Source: Candidatus Saccharimonadota bacterium
GTDB taxonomy: Bacteria; Pseudomonadota; Alphaproteobacteria; CAJXXZ01; 1604HC
Assembly: GCF_008189405.1 (NCBI RefSeq)
Contig: NZ_CP043316.1
Span: forward strand, 120,001 to 152,000
Direction: 5' to 3'
DNA length: 32,000 nucleotides
This document shows, in pieces, positions 28,132-32,000 of this stretch. The translations under genes were made by a program, and so were the position numbers. The notes beneath the pieces were generated by a model that was not told where the DNA came from, did no database searches, and was given only the letters and a program-made list of their open reading frames with translations. Each line of letters starts with the position of its first letter. Position 1 is the first letter of the stretch.

Positions 28132-29597
28132 TTGCTAACTCCATTTGATTCATTTTCTAACCATCCTTTAAAATTTGCATATTTCTCTATCTCTTTTGCA
28201 GATGATATTAATAACTCTTCCTCGAATGGTTTAGTCATTAGGTGGATTCCTAATGGCAAGTTTTGTTTTCCATATCCAATTGGGACAGAAATGGCTGGAG
28301 ATCCAATTAAATTAGCAATAACAGTAAATACATCTTCATGGTAAGCATCAGATGGGTTCTGGAAAACATTATCAATCTCAAATGCTTCTCTAGGTGAGCA
28401 TGGATATACTATTAAATTTATCTCATTAAATAAGTCCATAAATTGTTGTTTAATGTATTTTCGAGTTTTTAAACCTAAATCATAGCCTTTTTCATAATTA
28501 GCACTTGATAAATTATGGATTCCCATAAAAATACGCCTTCTAACTTCTTCGCCAAATAATGCAAAAGTTTTATTATATTCACTACCTATATCTTCTTCTG
28601 TCTTATTTCCGTAGCATGTTCCAGAATATCTTGCTAAATTTGAAGATGCTTCTGAAGATGTTAATAAGTAATATGTGGATAAGTACGAATCAAAATTTAA
28701 TAAGGAAATTGGTTTGATAATTGCACCTAAATCTTCGAAAATCTGTAATGCTTTCTTCCAATTTTTTATTACATATTCATCTAGTCCATCCATCCAATTC
28801 TCAGGATATCCAATTACTTTGCCTTTAAGAGAAATATTTGCATTTTCCAGATCTGGCACAGCTTCTGTGCTAGACATTACATCACCATGATCATGCCCTA
28901 TCATATTATCCATTACAATTGCAGCGTCTTCCACAGATCGTGCAAAAATTCCTGCTTGATCAAATGATGAAGCATATCCTACTATTCCTCTTCGTGAGCA
29001 TCGCCCATAAGATGGCTTAAACCCAACAATTCCACAAAACGAAGCTGGTTGTCTTACTGATCCTCCAGTATCACTTCCAAGAGATGCAAAACAAGTTCCT
29101 GCAGCAACTGAAGATGCGCTTCCACCTGAAGATCCGCCTGGAACTAAATTCTTTCCATTTGTCCATGGGTTGATAGATGGGCCAAAGCAACTTGTACGGT
29201 TTGAAGATCCCATTGCAAATTCATCCATATTTAACTTGCCTAAGCAAATTGCCCCTTCATTCCATAATTTATTTGTAACATGTGACTCAAATGGAGCGAT
29301 AAAATTCTCTAGCACTTTAGAGCATGCAGTCATTTTTTCATTCTTAACACAGTACAAATCCTTTACTCCAATTGGAATCCCTTCCAATTTTCTAGCAGTT
29401 CCATTTTTTATCTTTTCCCAGCTTTTTTCTGCTTGCTTAAATGCAAGATCTTTTGTTAACGTGATAAAATTATTTAAATGTGATTTTGACTCAATTTCAT
29501 CATACATTTCACTAACTAATGTTAGTGGTGAAATCTGACCTTGTACAAGCAATTCTCTAATTTGCTTCAAACTTAACATATTGGGATTATTTTTCAT
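28128..29597 (-). CDS. gatA: Glutamyl-tRNA(Gln) amidotransferase subunit A
   Basis: 489 aa with the amidase signature GGSSGGSASSVAAG...GSDTGGSVRQPASFCG. Confidence 0.95.
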   Translation of the reverse strand: MKNNPNMLSLKQIRELLVQGQISPLTLVSEMYDEIESKSHLNNFITLTKDLAFKQAEKSWEKIKNGTARKLEGIPIGVKDLYCVKNEKMTACSKVLENFIAPFESHVTNKLWNEGAICLGKLNMDEFAMGSSNRTSCFGPSINPWTNGKNLVPGGSSGGSASSVAAGTCFASLGSDTGGSVRQPASFCGIVGFKPSYGRCSRRGIVGYASSFDQAGIFARSVEDAAIVMDNMIGHDHGDVMSSTEAVPDLENANISLKGKVIGYPENWMDGLDEYVIKNWKKALQIFEDLGAIIKPISLLNFDSYLSTYYLLTSSEASSNLARYSGTCYGNKTEEDIGSEYNKTFALFGEEVRRRIFMGIHNLSSANYEKGYDLGLKTRKYIKQQFMDLFNEINLIVYPCSPREAFEIDNVFQNPSDAYHEDVFTVIANLIGSPAISVPIGYGKQNLPLGIHLMTKPFEEELLISSAKEIEKYANFKGWLENESNGVSK

Positions 29598-29868
29598 CCA
29601 TAACTCCCTCTACAACAAACATATTATTCTCATTTTCATTAGAATTGACCATTGGATCAAAATTTTCAGACTCTATTAAGTTTATCACGATATCTTTTCT
29701 GGTAGGATTGATATTATAATTATATAAATCTTGATCGCTTTGTCCAACTTCTTGCATTTTGCCTATAAGGCTCATTATATTTTCTAAATCTTCTTCTAAT
29801 TGTATAAATTGTTGCTGCGTGATTCTAATTTTAGAAACTTTAGAAAGGTGCTTAATTTTACAAGACAT
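29587..29868 (-). CDS. gatC: Asp/Glu-tRNA(Asn/Gln) amidotransferase subunit C
   Basis: A small ORF immediately upstream of gatA, overlapping it by 11 nt. Starting at the internal Met gives MSCKIKHLSKVSKIRITQQQ... and the usual ~94-aa GatC size, ending ...MFVVEGVMDEK. The track start at 29913 is probably too long. Confidence 0.8.
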   Translation of the reverse strand: MSCKIKHLSKVSKIRITQQQFIQLEEDLENIMSLIGKMQEVGQSDQDLYNYNINPTRKDIVINLIESENFDPMVNSNENENNMFVVEGVMDEK

Positions 29869-30206
29869 AAATATAAAATACAGTTTTTCGCAACTTTGCA
29901 CAATATTTGGCATATAGATCAGGATTTTAATTTTAATAATAATTTAATAATCAGGAAATAGAACTAAGCATTAGATTGTAATATATCAGTACAGAAATAA
30001 TAAGTAATTTTTCTTAATATCAAATCAAATGCGCTAGCAAATAAGTTGAACTAAGTAATGATTAAGTAGTTTTGAGAGAGATGTTATGTTGGTGCAAGTA
30101 GTTAAGTTAATAAAATAAAGTTAATAAATTTGCATTTAGGTTGTTTTTTTTATAATATATACTTATTCGCTGTTAAGCGTAAAAATTAAAGAGAGGATGT
30201 ATTTAA

Positions 30207-31082
30207 ATGTACAGAAAAATCTTATTGACTGTGAGCGCTTTGATGATCACTGAATCTGCTCAGGGTAAAGTTAATAGCTGTTATAGCAAAAGAAGAGTCA
30301 ATGCTGCTTTGTATGCTGGAGGAGGAGCAAGATTCCAAGGTTCTAAGGCTAAAGAAATAGAGACAAAATATACAGGTAAATTAGCTAATATTACATTGCC
30401 TGTTAATAGCACTCAAGAATTTGATTTCGAGCAGAATGGAAAAGCTGGATATTTCTTTGGGCGATTGGGAGCTTTTGCTGTAATGCCTATTTCTTCATCA
30501 TTCAAGGCTGGAATAGATGTGTTTGGTGATATTGGAAAAAGAAAATCTTACTTTAATAATGTGCATGAGTTAGTTAAGGGTAAATCTCCAGAAGTAGTGC
30601 CTGCACCTGATCCTGATCCTAATCCTAATAACACTCCTCAAGCTATCCCTGTTACACAAGCAACAGGTGATATTGGATCTGATAAAGGAGAATCACTATT
30701 AAGAATGACCCATATGTTCAGTGTTTACACAGGATTAAGAATGCATTACAGCTTCTCAGATTCTATGGACGCTCACATTGGGCTTGGTGGTATGATTTCT
30801 GATGCTAAGTATAGAATCGAATCATTTGGATCTACTAAATATACAGAAACAAGTAGAAAATATGAATTTGGTGGTTACTTGAAAGCTGGAATTTTATGGA
30901 CATTCGCTAATAAATTCTTTGTTGCTGGAGATATTATTGGTCAAATGAGAGCAAATAAAAAAATTGACATTAATGCATTCACTATAGCGGATAAGACAGA
31001 GGCTCATAATTTGAAATTCAAGAGAGCAGGTATGTTTGGAGTTAATGGTTCAATTACTGCTGGTATTCACTTGATCAAATAA
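30207..31082 (+). CDS. Putative outer-membrane beta-barrel protein / surface antigen
   Basis: It has the signal peptide MYRKILLTVSALMITESAQG|K. Amphipathic beta-strand-like segments rich in Gly and aromatics are present (GYFFGRLGAFAV, FSVYTGLRMHYSF, GGYLKAGILWTF, FGVNGSITAGIHL). There is a Pro/Asp/Asn loop, PAPDPDPNPNNTP. No terminal Phe and no specific family motif was recognised. Confidence 0.55.
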   Translation: MYRKILLTVSALMITESAQGKVNSCYSKRRVNAALYAGGGARFQGSKAKEIETKYTGKLANITLPVNSTQEFDFEQNGKAGYFFGRLGAFAVMPISSSFKAGIDVFGDIGKRKSYFNNVHELVKGKSPEVVPAPDPDPNPNNTPQAIPVTQATGDIGSDKGESLLRMTHMFSVYTGLRMHYSFSDSMDAHIGLGGMISDAKYRIESFGSTKYTETSRKYEFGGYLKAGILWTFANKFFVAGDIIGQMRANKKIDINAFTIADKTEAHNLKFKRAGMFGVNGSITAGIHLIK

Positions 31083-31657
31083 TCTATAATTACTAACTAT
31101 AATTTTAGATTGTTCTGTTTTGTTATTCTATTCATCTGAAATTATATTGTATATTATTCCTAATAAATTATTCAATTTTCTATGAGTAATTAGAAATGAT
31201 TAATAATTGCTATTAAATCATATTAGTTCAAATGTTATAACAATTTTAAATTGTATATCGAAATTATAACTAAACAAATAGCATAAATCATAACAACTTT
31301 ATATATTATATAAGATTATGTTGAGCAATATAGCAAATAATCTTATCCTCTATATGAGGCATGTTCATAGATTGGTGATATTGAGTGCTACAACATCTTT
31401 ATTGTTTGTATACCATTAAAGTGACATGCGTATCTTAGGTTAGGGGGAGATGTATATTTGCCTTATATGTGAGAGATCATTATTTTGAATATAGTTATAT
31501 TAAACAAAAAATCTATATACGCAAATAAACAATTGTTTGAGTGTTTAATAGTTTATATTGATTCAGTGATTTATGCTGTGCCTTAATTATTTGTTATTAT
31601 ATTATTATTCAATTAAATGTTTTGTCATTAGATATATTGTTCATACAGAGCTTATAT

Positions 31658-32000
31658 CTATACTGTTTTTTTGTAATTTATATTTTCTGGGTTGATATAT
31701 TCCCTGCCATTCCATATTCTAATAAAAATGCTTCCAGAAGATTGCCCTATAGGCTCTCCTTGCTTTACAGTATCTCCTTTTTCTACAAATATAGAAGATA
31801 AATTACTGCATGTTATTAGCCAACTCAGATTTCCAACATCATGTTTTATATAAATTGAGTTGTTAGCTTTATCTACAAAAGCAATAGTTCCATCATATGG
31901 CGCTAGTACTTTCCCATGACTTAATATAAATACCCCATCTCGCCTTTTGCCATGTTTTTGAGAGAATGGTAATGATGTATCGATTGACCCATTCATAACA
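31658..32000 (-). CDS. LytM/M23-domain protein, C-terminal part (ORF open to the window end); catalytic His residues apparently missing
   Basis: GKVLAPYDGTIAFVDKANNSIYIKHDVGN...VEKGDTVKQGEPIGQSSGSIFIRIWNGREYINP follows the M23 fold pattern G.V.A..dG.V.f......g..v.I.H..g....Y.Hl....V..Gd.V..Gq.IG..G....HLHFEi..nG..vnP. However, Y.HL is replaced by TCSNL and HLHFE by SIFIRI. Confidence 0.7.
   Translation of the reverse strand, partial: VMNGSIDTSLPFSQKHGKRRDGVFILSHGKVLAPYDGTIAFVDKANNSIYIKHDVGNLSWLITCSNLSSIFVEKGDTVKQGEPIGQSSGSIFIRIWNGREYINPENINYKKTV

Overview
This is an AT-rich (about 70% A+T by eye), gene-dense bacterial chromosome segment using the standard code: TGG encodes Trp, and TAA, TAG and TGA are all used as stops. 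Gene content and protein sequences suggest a reduced-genome Gram-negative intracellular alphaproteobacterium, Rickettsiales/Holosporales-like. That taxon call is inference only.

Almost everything is housekeeping:
- Translation and tRNA: gltX (partial), ileS, thrS, infC, tRNA-Tyr(GUA), tRNA-Gly(UCC), tuf, gatC-gatA-gatB.
- DNA and repair: gyrB, mutL, a family-4 uracil-DNA glycosylase.
- Other: birA, trxB, alr, lspA, an ErpA/IscA-type Fe-S carrier, a beta-barrel outer-membrane protein and a degenerate LytM/M23 protein (partial).

I found no rRNA, CRISPR array, transposase, integrase, phage genes, or recognisable multi-gene defence, toxin or secretion system. I do not claim a new multi-gene system.

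What stands out, in order of interest:
1. A domain-less Gly-Arg (RGG/GAR-like) repeat protein with an acidic Ser/Asp tail sits directly after tuf. It lies in a locally GC-rich, multi-frame-open nested repeat.
2. A free-standing ThrRS N-terminal (TGS plus editing) paralog lies 26 nt upstream of a full-length thrS. The paralog keeps the editing-site residues that the full-length enzyme has lost.
3. Ribosomal proteins S6 and S18 are fused in frame into one ORF.
4. A perfect 40-bp x 4.3 tandem repeat carries two 8-bp palindromes per unit.
5. Four lineage-specific ORFans, three with signal peptides or membrane anchors, sit exactly where widely conserved gene pairs are broken: rpsR-rplI, ileS-lspA, infC-rpmI and tuf-secE/nusG.

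All calls come from reading the sequence and ORF translations. No database search was possible.
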